From: a virus
Lineage: Duplodnaviria > Caudoviricetes
Virus record (IMG/VR): IMGVR_UViG_3300028603_000018
Location: 128,001 to 192,000 of that record
Reading direction: 5' to 3' (one strand)
DNA: 64,000 nucleotides
Each line of letters opens with the position of its first letter. Positions within the stretch are counted from its first letter, which is position 1. A program made the translations under genes and the position numbers. Positions 10,236-20,807 of this stretch are shown piece after piece. The notes under the pieces were generated by a model. It saw nothing but the letters and a program-made list of their open reading frames with translations, made no database searches and was not told the origin of the DNA.

Positions 10236-12497
10236 TTAAAAGAGATTCACTGAACTACTGTACATATTTCGATAATTGTTTAATGAATTAGCACTATCAA
10301 AGTTTTTAAAACTAGATTCAGTAGTGCGGCGAGATCGCAGCCTTTGTTCTCTAGCTTTCTCAATTAACTCATGCATGTTATTAATACTTCTATCGTTTTT
10401 TACAGTATTTCTATCGAGATGTTTTAATTCTCTCTCTAACTGAGAAACAACAAATTCTTCTTTCTCTTTACCTAACCTTTCTAATAGTTCAGCAATCCGT
10501 TTATGGTTCTTTTCTTGTTGATAACGTTTTGTTCTTTCAGCAAGTGTTAGTGTAACTTCTTCTCTTCTTGGTTCTTCTGAGAAGATATTGAGAGGATCTA
10601 AACCATAGAAAGATAAGTTCTTACCAAAAAGTAGTAACCATACGTTGAGTAACCAAGCAATTACCTGATCATCATGACCATTAGTACCGTGATCAATCCT
10701 ACCATTTTTCACTGATAAACCCATGAGTTGTTGGATTAAGGTTTTATCATTAATAACTTCAGCAAAGCGTTGAGTAGCTGTAGAGAGTACTGTACCGTAT
10801 AGTCGTTCTCTTGTATAGTTCCCTGCACCAGAAGTCTTATAGCCAAACAACCCTTTATTCATGTCGTAGAAGTTAGCGCGGCGAGCATGGATAGGTTTTC
10901 TTAATTCTTCAAAGAGTTCTTTCATCTCTTCTTTTTCTTGAACGATTCTATTAAAGATACGTTTAAAGGGATCTATTCCATGACTCATTAGAATCTCAGA
11001 TACTTGATCGATAATAGCCATACCACTACTGCGACATTCAGGAACCCATAATACACGAGGATATTTTATAAGAATATCTGCGATCCATTCAGAAAAACTA
11101 AATAAACTCATGTTGTTAAAAGTAGCTGCTGCTACTGTATTTAGTGATCGAGAATCTGTAAAGACAATACCCATGGTATCACCCCCTACAGCATCAGAGC
11201 TATCCATACCCATGAGAATGTCTCTTTCATTCATCACGGTTTGAATATCTCTTTGAGGAATATACCAGTTTAATAAGAAGTTCTTCTTATTATCATAATC
11301 CCTATAAACAACCTTCTTTTCACTTTTAACAATCCTAGCAGTTGTATCAGGGCTGAAAGGACTATCAGCTTGTCCGTTTGTCCATACGTTAAGATAATCT
11401 CGTTCAGCACCATCTCTTGGACCAGAAGCTTTAGCAATTTTCTCTCTTAACCAATCATCTGTATAACCTAATTGACGGTGAGAAAAAGTGGCATTAATAC
11501 GCGGAACAATGATCTGAGGAATCTTAGCCCCTTCTTTCGTATAGCTCGGACTCTTTCTACACATGGATATAATACGATTTGTTAAATCCTCATGATTCTT
11601 AGCGTCGAGAAAGAAAGGATCGTCCCAGTGAGCTGCTGTTTGAAGAAGTTCATTATAGAAGAAAGATCCTGAAGGACTATCAATCTTACCTGACGTCGTT
11701 GTACAGATAACTCCATGTGGCTCGTTCTTTGTTTTTGCGATATCTTGAGCAGCACCTGCTGATGCCATAGCTGCTGGAAACGCAATTGAAAAGTTAGGCT
11801 GAAAAGGACCTTCGTCGAATAGCATGGTTTCAGTCGTCATACCTCGACCCACGTTATTTGCACCTGCTAAGCTAGATTGAGGAAGGAAGGTTTGGAAAGC
11901 ATTACCTACTTGAGAAAATGTAATGTTCTCTGAGTTCCTACTTCCCTTTTTACCCATCTGGTTTAAATAACCTGGTAGAAGATCAACAATATCCTTTAAT
12001 CGCTTAACGTTTTCACGACGCAGTGTATCGTCTTTAGTTAATAGGTTAATGTTAGCATTACGACAAAGGATATTTCCTAGTAATGAAACTAACTCATCTA
12101 AACTTAAAGACTTACCTGTCTGACGTGGTTGAATTAGTGTAATAAAGATATGATTAAAATAACACCAATACAAACACATGTTTCCACGGTTTGCTAAGAA
12201 CAACCCAGGTTCACTGCCTGAACGGGCTGGAGCGCGAGCTACTTCTCTAAAGAAGTACCAAGGGTTAATACGACACTCATAGCTGATAGCACCTATTTCT
12301 TCTTTTGTTAGATCGGGTGCAAAAGGATCTATTCCTTTTAGATTAGGATTAATCAATGCTAATGGAAAAGCATGATTCTTAATACCCATGTCTCGCCATA
12401 AAGCAGCAATTTGAATAAAACTCTTATTCTTAGTCGATGTATCAATATCTGCTGTGGGCCAATAATCCCAATCGTCTCTAAACAATATCATACTCAT
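10236..12497 (-). CDS. terL: Terminase large subunit (phiKZ gp25-like)
   Basis: Walker A PRQTGKS, Walker B MLFDEG, TTT coupling motif, nuclease acidic residues GMDSS and HDDQVIAW. Confidence 0.93.
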   Translation of the reverse strand: MSMILFRDDWDYWPTADIDTSTKNKSFIQIAALWRDMGIKNHAFPLALINPNLKGIDPFAPDLTKEEIGAISYECRINPWYFFREVARAPARSGSEPGLFLANRGNMCLYWCYFNHIFITLIQPRQTGKSLSLDELVSLLGNILCRNANINLLTKDDTLRRENVKRLKDIVDLLPGYLNQMGKKGSRNSENITFSQVGNAFQTFLPQSSLAGANNVGRGMTTETMLFDEGPFQPNFSIAFPAAMASAGAAQDIAKTKNEPHGVICTTTSGKIDSPSGSFFYNELLQTAAHWDDPFFLDAKNHEDLTNRIISMCRKSPSYTKEGAKIPQIIVPRINATFSHRQLGYTDDWLREKIAKASGPRDGAERDYLNVWTNGQADSPFSPDTTARIVKSEKKVVYRDYDNKKNFLLNWYIPQRDIQTVMNERDILMGMDSSDAVGGDTMGIVFTDSRSLNTVAAATFNNMSLFSFSEWIADILIKYPRVLWVPECRSSGMAIIDQVSEILMSHGIDPFKRIFNRIVQEKEEMKELFEELRKPIHARRANFYDMNKGLFGYKTSGAGNYTRERLYGTVLSTATQRFAEVINDKTLIQQLMGLSVKNGRIDHGTNGHDDQVIAWLLNVWLLLFGKNLSFYGLDPLNIFSEEPRREEVTLTLAERTKRYQQEKNHKRIAELLERLGKEKEEFVVSQLERELKHLDRNTVKNDRSINNMHELIEKAREQRLRSRRTTESSFKNFDSANSLNNYRNMYSSSVNLF

Positions 12498-12663
12498 AGA
12501 ACTTTAATCCTTCATAGACATCGCCACTCATTACTAAATGACAATGTCTTGTAATGCTTATAATTTGTTATTACTCATATAGTAGAGTTTCTAGTATAAA
12601 TAAGGCATAGAAAGGGAGTCCTTTTAAGACCCCCTTTCAGAAACACTATTTAGATCAGTTCTG

Positions 12664-13065
12664 TTATTTAATTGCCGTGTTGAGGTAACGAATTTCCTCA
12701 TCTAGATAATGATCTAGAACGACTTCAAATTCCGATAGCTTTTCAGGAAATGTTAAAAGACTAGAGTTTACATAAAAAGGAGTTCTAAATAGTTTTATTA
12801 GTGCTTTTGGTATATCGTCACTAAAGGTTACTTCTAACTTATAATTAAAAGTACCATTAACTGCTAACTTTTTTCTAACAATAAAATGGATAAACCATTT
12901 ACCATTTCTTGGTAAAACTTTTATTTTACCAACGAGAGAGTTAGGTGATTTAGTTTTTTCACCTAACTCTCTCTTCCCCTCTCCAAGTAGTTCTTTAGCC
13001 CATTTTTTTAAATGTTTAACGACCTCTATCAACTTCAAAGTCTCGGCTTGTTTACAAATTGACAT
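12664..13065 (-). CDS. Hypothetical protein, 133 aa, basic
   Basis: ORF fills the gap and has a downstream hairpin at 12604-12640. Confidence 0.6.
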   Translation of the reverse strand: MSICKQAETLKLIEVVKHLKKWAKELLGEGKRELGEKTKSPNSLVGKIKVLPRNGKWFIHFIVRKKLAVNGTFNYKLEVTFSDDIPKALIKLFRTPFYVNSSLLTFPEKLSEFEVVLDHYLDEEIRYLNTAIK

Positions 13066-13149
13066 TTCAACAGCCTTAGAATCAGAGGTTTATGAGAAAA
13101 AGTATGATGTAGGTCTTTACTAGCTTACCTACCTACATAGAATTTAAGT

Positions 13150-14388
13150 TCAATTCTTAGAGAAGTATTGTTTAGTCAAAGCTCGTGTCACAATGTACAA
13201 AAGAACACCGGTTCTAACACTAGCAATATTACCTTTATGTCGAGTATTGGTGGCTATTGCTACTAGCTCTTCTGTTTGTTCACGAATACTAATTAGTAAA
13301 GGATCTGTTGTTCTAGATGAACTATAAGCACCCTTTAAACTAGAGATAGCATTACCAATATCATTCGTATTAGAGAAGGTATTTCGTTTACTATAAAGGT
13401 AGTTAAAAGCATGTATAGTAATATCAGTAATAAGTTTACTGATTCTTTCTTCATACTGAGCTTTCTTACTATTATCACTTAACCAATTTAACGTCACATA
13501 GAACTGTTTCTCTGGCATCGTACTCATAGCTTTGATAATGACGTTTGTTAACATAGGCTTAACAAAACTACGTTTATCAGATATAATGTCAAGTAGATAA
13601 CGATAGTATTGCGAATACCCACCTACCTGATCTTTTAAAATCATCTCACCCTCATGCTCCATGACTGAGGCACTAGAGGTCATTTTAACCCCTTGAGCAT
13701 GGAGTCTAAAGTGTACATTCACAATATTCTTAATCATAGAGCGAATACGAAGCTGAGTATCATTAATCATCTTCCGAACTTCAATATCGTCATCCATGGT
13801 AAGGATCTTCTTATAATGAATACCTCTTGGATCAATAATATCAGAAGATCTGGCTTCAAGAGTTTTAGTCCAGTTACCATATTGCTTTAGAGCAAACTTT
13901 CTTGATAGTGCTGCATAAGTGGCTGCTGCTACCTCTGGATCAGCAGGATAGCGGAAATGATTCCATAAGCGAGAAGTTAAGTAACGATAGTTCATGACCA
14001 TTGCTACTTCGAAAGCTCCAGCTCTTTGTTTTTCTTTGCTTAACTTAGATGATGTGAGGAACTTATGCATCATCCAGATAAAGCTATTATTTAATGTATC
14101 ACTAGAGACTTTAAAACTAGGAATAATAGTAGGAAGCTTTCTCAGTTCATTTGTTAATAATGTCTCACTCACACCTAAAATTTGATCTGTCCAGTAATCT
14201 GCATCACTAGGAGTAAATCTAACGACCTCTACTCCAGTTAAATTACCTCCGAAGAATTTAATATGTTCTTCGTTTCTAGTAAGAAAACCAATACGAAAAG
14301 CATTTACTTTTTTAAGTAAATTATCGTCAAAGATGAGGTGTGAGCACAATTCATCAAACACCCCTTTAATTGTCGTTGCCATTATCAT
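13150..14388 (-). CDS. Conserved virion-associated protein (phiKZ gp32-like)
   Basis: 412 aa with HIKFFGGNLTGV and RTGVLLYIV motifs typical of this core gene. Assigned by synteny. Confidence 0.6.
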   Translation of the reverse strand: MIMATTIKGVFDELCSHLIFDDNLLKKVNAFRIGFLTRNEEHIKFFGGNLTGVEVVRFTPSDADYWTDQILGVSETLLTNELRKLPTIIPSFKVSSDTLNNSFIWMMHKFLTSSKLSKEKQRAGAFEVAMVMNYRYLTSRLWNHFRYPADPEVAAATYAALSRKFALKQYGNWTKTLEARSSDIIDPRGIHYKKILTMDDDIEVRKMINDTQLRIRSMIKNIVNVHFRLHAQGVKMTSSASVMEHEGEMILKDQVGGYSQYYRYLLDIISDKRSFVKPMLTNVIIKAMSTMPEKQFYVTLNWLSDNSKKAQYEERISKLITDITIHAFNYLYSKRNTFSNTNDIGNAISSLKGAYSSSRTTDPLLISIREQTEELVAIATNTRHKGNIASVRTGVLLYIVTRALTKQYFSKN

Positions 14389-14475
14389 CCTTAAACTTTA
14401 AAAAGCTAATTTATCTATTCATAGAGTTTAAATTAAAATACCGATCTTATATAACATGTTACTTAATGATTCTTC

Positions 14476-15081
14476 ATGAGAGAAAAAAAAGGAACACTTA
14501 TGTTAAATAACTTGATTAAACAGCAAGAAGAAATGATGCTAGAGAACTATGTCTTAGCTAATAGAGATTTATTTCTTTTATTTAAAGATATAGAAAAACG
14601 ATTAGAAGGGGAGGAAGAACACACTGACACTCTTTCTGAATCTCTAGTAATCGTCTACAATATACTTTCTATTGGTCAATACATTATACCTAATGTGATT
14701 AAAAGTGATATTAATTGGTTCATCAATATCTTTAATCAGGAATTTGAACACGAACTAATTAGAATCGACACACATCCTAATATGGAAAACTTACTGTTAG
14801 TTAAAGTAGGTGATGAAAGGACAGATGTTCTCTCTATTGGGATTACACCTTCTTTAGAGCCTTCTAGATTTAAGATGTTTGTCATCGATCCTCAGGGTAA
14901 AGAGTTAGGAAAGTATAATACTTCTCAAGTGGTTTATAAAGAAATTATACGAACTGATATTTATAGGTATTTAGAGAATCTAACACAAGTCATTATTAAA
15001 GAGTTAGGTTCTTCCTTTCCTATTATCAATAAGATGGACCAAATTCTAACTATCTATAAAGAAAAAGATCTTGAAGTATAA
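14476..15081 (+). CDS. Hypothetical protein (start may be ATG 14500)
   Basis: 201-aa ORF with AAGGA RBS before the second ATG, promoter-like motif at 14447 and a terminator after it. Confidence 0.65.
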   Translation: MREKKGTLMLNNLIKQQEEMMLENYVLANRDLFLLFKDIEKRLEGEEEHTDTLSESLVIVYNILSIGQYIIPNVIKSDINWFINIFNQEFEHELIRIDTHPNMENLLLVKVGDERTDVLSIGITPSLEPSRFKMFVIDPQGKELGKYNTSQVVYKEIIRTDIYRYLENLTQVIIKELGSSFPIINKMDQILTIYKEKDLEV

Positions 15082-15083
15082 AG

Positions 15084-15121
15084 GCATAAAACGGGAGAGC
15101 AATTAGCTCTCCCAATTATGC
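15084..15121. repeat. 38-nt palindromic repeat, type A copy 2 (inverted)
   Basis: Its reverse complement differs by 1 nt from 794-831 and by 1 nt from 41950-41987. Lies between convergent genes. Confidence 0.85.
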
Positions 15122-15128
15122 CGTCTTA

Positions 15129-16394
15129 TTAAGAGAATAAAACAAGTCCTAGGACTTTACCCCAAGCCGTTAAAGCATTCACAGCTCCTTTAGCAAAGGA
15201 AACTGTAGTATTAAATACTGCTTTCGGATGTGTATGGAATTTTATCTCTTTAGATAAAGATCCTTCTTTAGACTTCTTATTAATTTCCTCTATTGTTTTG
15301 TCTAACTCTGGTGTCTTATCACCATTACTTGCAAACTGTTTAACATCTTCAATTAATTCGTTAATTTTATTTCTAGAGGTTTGAATTAAGTTTACAGTTT
15401 CTTCATCAGGTTCAGTGACTTCGACTTCAGTTTCTTCTTGCTCAATATCGCTATTTGAAAAGACTGTCTCTTCCTGAGTCTTTTCATTTTTGGTTGTAAT
15501 GCGAGTAATCTCGCCATTGGGCCAATTGAACTGATATTCAGACACTAATTCAGCAGGAGATTGTGGTCGAGTTTTTGATAACTGTTGAGAGAGCTTTTCG
15601 TAGTCTTCAGGATTAGCTTCAGCTAATTGCTCAGCCGCATTAATAGACCAGGTTTGATATACCACAGTTTGCTTCTTTACTTTATCTACTAATGCCTCAA
15701 TCTCTGAGATAGCTGTATTAGCTTCCTTACTGAGTTTTTTTAAATCCTTAACAGTACTCACTGATTTAACAGTTTTCTTCTTTACGGGTTTATAATTATC
15801 TAAAGCTTCTACAGATAAGTCCATTTCATCAGAATCAACACTATCTTCCTCTTGAGAAGATTCTACTTCATCTGACTCTTGTGTCAGCATATCAGGTTCT
15901 TCTTTTTCTTCATCAAAGATCTTACTAAAGAAAGAATCTAAGTCATTATACACTGCTAAGTTATTTAACTTAGCTATCTCTTCAATAATTAGTGTCCATG
16001 GATTAGCAGGTGATCCTTCTTTATCGACAATACTGATAAAGACTACATCATCACTAAACTCTTTGTCCTTAATAAGTTTATTAAAGTTAAGAAGATCATC
16101 AGTCGTTGATTTGGACTTCACTACTACGTAGATATAGACTTGTCCTTCTCCAGCCTTATCTACAATAATCTGTCTTCCATTAGAACTAAGTGTAAGAATG
16201 TCTGTTGACTCTACACTAGGTGCGTTAGTCTTTCTATCATCAAATTTAAATAACTCATGTAGAGTCTTACTAATGATCTCAGAAAGCGGACCCTTCATTA
16301 CGATGTTCTTTTTACCTGTTTTCTTATAATCGACAACACTAGCTCTAGTTCTATCATCTTCAGGCTTAGTTGTCTTGATCGTAAATTCAGACAT
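15129..16394 (-). CDS. Putative internal head protein
   Basis: 421 aa with an acidic linker and S-x-E sites (SVES, SVEAL) matching phiKZ-type prohead protease specificity. Shares a KGPLS domain with its neighbour. Confidence 0.5.
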   Translation of the reverse strand: MSEFTIKTTKPEDDRTRASVVDYKKTGKKNIVMKGPLSEIISKTLHELFKFDDRKTNAPSVESTDILTLSSNGRQIIVDKAGEGQVYIYVVVKSKSTTDDLLNFNKLIKDKEFSDDVVFISIVDKEGSPANPWTLIIEEIAKLNNLAVYNDLDSFFSKIFDEEKEEPDMLTQESDEVESSQEEDSVDSDEMDLSVEALDNYKPVKKKTVKSVSTVKDLKKLSKEANTAISEIEALVDKVKKQTVVYQTWSINAAEQLAEANPEDYEKLSQQLSKTRPQSPAELVSEYQFNWPNGEITRITTKNEKTQEETVFSNSDIEQEETEVEVTEPDEETVNLIQTSRNKINELIEDVKQFASNGDKTPELDKTIEEINKKSKEGSLSKEIKFHTHPKAVFNTTVSFAKGAVNALTAWGKVLGLVLFS

Positions 16395-16813
16395 TAGTTA
16401 GCCTCCATCAAATCTTTGACTAATCGATCAAAAGAAGTATACGTGGGGGATTCATATTCTTTTGCTATAATAATCATGCATTCAGTAAACACATTAACAA
16501 CTTCTTTATTGTCAAGTAAAAGCAATTGTACTTGAGTTTTATTCTTAGTTTGATTATAAATGTTAGCAAATTCTGCTACTTTAACTGCATCGACATCTTT
16601 TACACTAATGCCATAAACTATAATGGTGTTAAAGGAACGAGAGCTTACAATGAATTTTTTAGAACCTTCATCATTTTGAACAAGAGAGATTCCTGTATCA
16701 TCAATAACGCTTTCTTGACTCACTTCTGTTTTACTAATGTATTCTGTTAAGGCTGCGTAAAGACTATCGCTTAAAGGACCTTTGAAAATTATCTTCTGCC
16801 TAACTTTACTCAT
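16394..16813 (-). CDS. Hypothetical virion protein, paralog of the N-terminal domain of the downstream gene
   Basis: IIFKGPLSDSL versus IVMKGPLSEII; also an SQES site. Confidence 0.55.
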   Translation of the reverse strand: MSKVRQKIIFKGPLSDSLYAALTEYISKTEVSQESVIDDTGISLVQNDEGSKKFIVSSRSFNTIIVYGISVKDVDAVKVAEFANIYNQTKNKTQVQLLLLDNKEVVNVFTECMIIIAKEYESPTYTSFDRLVKDLMEAN

Positions 16814-16935
16814 AATTTCTTCATTTTAAAAATGCCTGTATTAAATTAGAGGCGTTTAGAGCGTTTATTTATATTTTTGAGGTATCGATATACCTGAGTA
16901 AAAAATAATCAATTAGACTGATTATTTGTACCCTA

Positions 16936-17739
16936 TTATCGATAACCACCGAACATAAGTCTATAGTGTCGTCGACTCGATTCCATGTCCGTCATCATTA
17001 GAACACCCATTAGTGTTTCTTTTAAATATTCTTCATAAAGCTCATCAGCGTCTGAGAAACCTTCAATGATATTTCTAATAGCGCCGAGTTCAGCTCCGCC
17101 GCTAATTGCACCTTGATCTAGTTCTACAATAAGTGTATTGTAGATATATGCTTTTGTTGCTAGGAACACTGCCTCAGCAATGTTATTATAAGCTCTAATA
17201 GGAATGTTATTTAAATTCTCATCATTAGCGAGTCTGCATCGTAAATAAGTATTAGAAGGTAAGACATGCGTATAACGAACCGTCACTACGTTCTCTGCTA
17301 CTAATTCTACATAAGCTGAACTAATGGGAGGGATATTCGCATTAGAATCTAATAACGCTTTAGCAGATTGGAGTAATTCTCCTCTACCACAAAAAGCAGT
17401 TGATCCAAAACTATTTAATGCATTAGGGTCTAAGAAGTTAACACTTAATACAGAAACAATTGATCTACCGTCTGTTAAAGTCTTAGGAACTCTGAACACA
17501 CTAGTAAATTGCTCAATGACTTCTTTAGGGACGGTGATAAGAGGTACGAATACTTCTTTGCCTCCGATGATATCTAAGTCAGGTAATACACGATCATGGA
17601 TAACTTTAGTGAGGATCTGTTGTTCTATCGATACAGGTTCATTCCAATACCGAGTTAATGGTTTTAAGAAAGCTTCGCTTAATACGAGCTTATTAATTCT
17701 CATTGTTGTTTTCTTGATCGCGTGGTTAATAGCAGACAT
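16936..17739 (-). CDS. Conserved phiKZ-like virion protein, 267 aa
   Basis: Long ORF with KAYIYN and ADELYEEYL segments, in the late block upstream of PhuZ. Confidence 0.6.
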   Translation of the reverse strand: MSAINHAIKKTTMRINKLVLSEAFLKPLTRYWNEPVSIEQQILTKVIHDRVLPDLDIIGGKEVFVPLITVPKEVIEQFTSVFRVPKTLTDGRSIVSVLSVNFLDPNALNSFGSTAFCGRGELLQSAKALLDSNANIPPISSAYVELVAENVVTVRYTHVLPSNTYLRCRLANDENLNNIPIRAYNNIAEAVFLATKAYIYNTLIVELDQGAISGGAELGAIRNIIEGFSDADELYEEYLKETLMGVLMMTDMESSRRHYRLMFGGYR

Positions 17740-17836
17740 GTCAAGCTTCCTTGCGATTAGGTATAATTAAGATTTATTCATTCACATATCATCTATAAGT
17801 ATCTGTTATTAATATGTCTTTTTTAGGGAAATGTGA

Positions 17837-18382
17837 ATGAGTTGGGTGAGTCCATATACTCGTCAAAAAATATTACCCTTAAATACAAAAAGCTCATTAT
17901 GCTTTAAACCTGAACTTTATGAAAAATACATCTGGTTAGACTTAAGGGATTTATTTGATCTAATTAATAACGCAATCATTTCTTTTGAGGATGAAGAAAG
18001 GCATAGAAAGCCAAACGGATTAATTAATGTACCTATTGAAGCAGGGTCAGTATTTGGCATTGATGCTAAGATCTTAAGTAGTGAAATACTTGATCTCATC
18101 TTAAGCAATGGAACATGTTATGATTTATCTGTCTTACACGACTGGTTAAGTAATTACTTTTATACTGAGCCAGATGATCCAGATAAGGAGTACTACGACA
18201 ACATAATCAGTCAATTCTTTTCTCTTATTATTTATACAGCTAACATTATTGTTGAGAAATACGTATCCATATTAGGAGCTATTTCTTTCAACACTATCTA
18301 TCAATCTGATTATCGATGGAAGCTATTGCAATTCTATCGAGATCAAGCCTTAATTGGTTTTGGGTTAAAACCTGGTTATTAA
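17837..18382 (+). CDS. Hypothetical protein, 181 aa
   Basis: RBS AGGGA; first gene of the PhuZ operon; promoter-like motif at 17784. Confidence 0.7.
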   Translation: MSWVSPYTRQKILPLNTKSSLCFKPELYEKYIWLDLRDLFDLINNAIISFEDEERHRKPNGLINVPIEAGSVFGIDAKILSSEILDLILSNGTCYDLSVLHDWLSNYFYTEPDDPDKEYYDNIISQFFSLIIYTANIIVEKYVSILGAISFNTIYQSDYRWKLLQFYRDQALIGFGLKPGY

Positions 18383-18401
18383 ATAAGGACGTATTGAAAA
18401 A

Positions 18402-19472
18402 ATGTCGAATACTATTGAACGTACTCGTGGTAACATCCGTGTCTATGCTTGCGGTGGTGCTGGTATTAATCTAGGCCGAATGGTAGAGACCATCTCTGAG
18501 AAATCTAAGGATAATCTTAACTTTGCTCAGATTGATATCACTTATGTAGATACTAGCCTGGCTAATGCAAAAGGACTTCCTAAGGATTGCTTCTACCACA
18601 TCCAGCCTTCTTATACGCATATCAGTGATCGTGAAGATACTCTAGATGGTAGTGGGCAAAAACGTGATGAGAACGCTGAATCTGTTAAGCAAGCTATTCC
18701 CGATCTACTTTTAAAACATCCTCCTAAAGATATTAACATTCTTATCCATTCTGGTGGTGGTGGATCAGGTAGCGTTCTTGCTCCCTTTATCACTGCTCAA
18801 CTAAAGAAGAAAGGATTAGAAGTTATTATCATCCTAATTGGTAGTCGAGATACTTTAAAGGATATCACTAACACTATTGATACTATCAAAAGTTATGCTG
18901 GTATCTCTAAGGTGAATAACTCACCTATTGCTATTGCTTATGAAGAAAACGGTTCTGAATACAATAACTCTCGGTTAAGCAGTCAGGTTGTTGATAGCAA
19001 TGTACTTTTGACAGTTAATAGCTTAGCTGTTCTCTTTTCTAAGAATAATGAACGCTTAGATACGAAAGATTTGGAACACTGGTTGAACTTCCAGAAGGTT
19101 ACGGATTACCAACCTGGTATTGTGGGACTTCAGATTTGTGATCGCAATACTGCTAAGGACTTCGATCAGAATATTGTTTCTGTTGCAACACTGCATTCAG
19201 AGACTTCCGGTACGAGTTTAGGTAGTAATAACATTCCATCTTACCAGTGTCGTGGTATCTTACCTGAAGAACTCTCTTCTGTTGTTGTGGATGAAGATAA
19301 TAACAGTAAACTACCGCTTCATTTTATTCTCTCTGATGAGATTATTGTAGATAGTCTCTTTAGTTTGAATAAACTATCTGCTGGTTTAAAAGAGAAGTCT
19401 CAGTCTCGACCTAACATGGTGTCTTTGATCAGTGATGATGACAATGCTTCTGATGATGGTATTGTTCTTTAA
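18402..19472 (+). CDS. phuZ: PhuZ phage tubulin (spindle)
   Basis: ACGGAGIN, GSGQKR, tubulin signature GGGGSGS, LDTKD T7 loop and acidic C-terminal tail DDGIVL. Confidence 0.95.
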   Translation: MSNTIERTRGNIRVYACGGAGINLGRMVETISEKSKDNLNFAQIDITYVDTSLANAKGLPKDCFYHIQPSYTHISDREDTLDGSGQKRDENAESVKQAIPDLLLKHPPKDINILIHSGGGGSGSVLAPFITAQLKKKGLEVIIILIGSRDTLKDITNTIDTIKSYAGISKVNNSPIAIAYEENGSEYNNSRLSSQVVDSNVLLTVNSLAVLFSKNNERLDTKDLEHWLNFQKVTDYQPGIVGLQICDRNTAKDFDQNIVSVATLHSETSGTSLGSNNIPSYQCRGILPEELSSVVVDEDNNSKLPLHFILSDEIIVDSLFSLNKLSAGLKEKSQSRPNMVSLISDDDNASDDGIVL

Positions 19473-19495
19473 TTCTTCTTTCTCTTGATGTAGCT

Positions 19496-20392
19496 GTGAA
19501 AGGGAGTGGGTATCAACCTACTCCCTTTTCATTACTGAGGATTTATTTTTTACTAGACATGAAAACAAATAAACTCACTATAACACAATATGCTAGTCTT
19601 TTAACTAATCAAAAAGCTCATGCAGGTATTGTTTTTAGTACTCCAGATCTTCTCTGTGTATTTGAAGAGTTAGAAGAAGCTGGTTTATTAGATATCACTC
19701 CTCAGGAAATTAACTCTTATAGAAAAGAGATTGATCTAACTCGTCATAGTACTATTATAGTGCGTCCTCCTAAAGGTGGATTTTGGATTTGTCCTTTTGA
19801 TCCTAAAGAAGATTTAGAAAAAGTAAAGGGTTACTTAAGGAATTTCCCTATGCTTTCTTCTTGCTGGATCTTTTATGATCTCCAACCCTTTCAAGCTTTG
19901 ATTCGCTTTCAAGCTGAGCAGAACTTAAATAAAGTTGGTATCGATATCCCAGAAAATCTTGTTACTGAGGATACACTCTTAGAAACAGAGATTGCTAATA
20001 TGAATCCTGATTTCTATAATGATGATGTCATCCAAGATAGAATTCGTCTCATTGATAGGAATTACCGTTTAATTGCAGAGAACTTTGTCACTGAACTGTT
20101 TAACGTTCTTATTATCTCATACACAAACTTTCTAAAAAGTAGTTCTGAAGATACGGTTGAATCTTTAGTTGAGCGTTATATCAAACATTTTCCTAAGAAA
20201 GGAAATGTCGGCTATAACTTAATTGAATCTTTGTGGGGGATCATTGACGAGTATGATGTTAAATTAACTGAATTCATTAATGGTGAGTATAATAAAGTCT
20301 ATATGGCTTATCCAGTCATGAACAACAATATCGTTGTTCTGAAATACGATATTGATTATCGGGTTATCATTCATGAATACCATAAAGAATAA
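19496..20392 (+). CDS. Hypothetical protein (true start probably ATG 19559)
   Basis: The annotated GTG start overlaps a terminator hairpin at 19498-19530. Confidence 0.65.
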   Translation: MKGSGYQPTPFSLLRIYFLLDMKTNKLTITQYASLLTNQKAHAGIVFSTPDLLCVFEELEEAGLLDITPQEINSYRKEIDLTRHSTIIVRPPKGGFWICPFDPKEDLEKVKGYLRNFPMLSSCWIFYDLQPFQALIRFQAEQNLNKVGIDIPENLVTEDTLLETEIANMNPDFYNDDVIQDRIRLIDRNYRLIAENFVTELFNVLIISYTNFLKSSSEDTVESLVERYIKHFPKKGNVGYNLIESLWGIIDEYDVKLTEFINGEYNKVYMAYPVMNNNIVVLKYDIDYRVIIHEYHKE

Positions 20393-20807
20393 TGATTCTC
20401 TAAATATTACCAATCCTAAACATATTTATATAAATGCCACAGAGTTAACAGACTTTATTACGAGCATCTTCTTATCGGATATTAACCTATCTACTTGGTG
20501 GGCAATTATAGGCTTTGCTACTAGGCGAGAGGTTTTAACTGATTTCGTAAAGACGGCTTTAGCAACTGATGACTCTACTTCTATAGATTCTTTAGCTATA
20601 CAGGAGTTATATGCTAAAATCAATGAGTCCATGATTAATCCAGAAATTATTGAAGCAATTGTTATTAATACGCTAGATTTGATTATAGACTTTATATTAA
20701 ACAAATATCCTAATAACACAATCGATAATCTATCTAATTATAGAGTATCTGTATTTCGGTTTGATACACTTATTCTAGAAAGGATTGAGAGTGCTGTGTT
20801 ATGGTAA
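20352..20807 (+). CDS. Hypothetical protein (start probably ATG 20373)
   Basis: Part of a tightly overlapping operon. Confidence 0.65.
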   Translation: MIIGLSFMNTIKNNDSLNITNPKHIYINATELTDFITSIFLSDINLSTWWAIIGFATRREVLTDFVKTALATDDSTSIDSLAIQELYAKINESMINPEIIEAIVINTLDLIIDFILNKYPNNTIDNLSNYRVSVFRFDTLILERIESAVLW

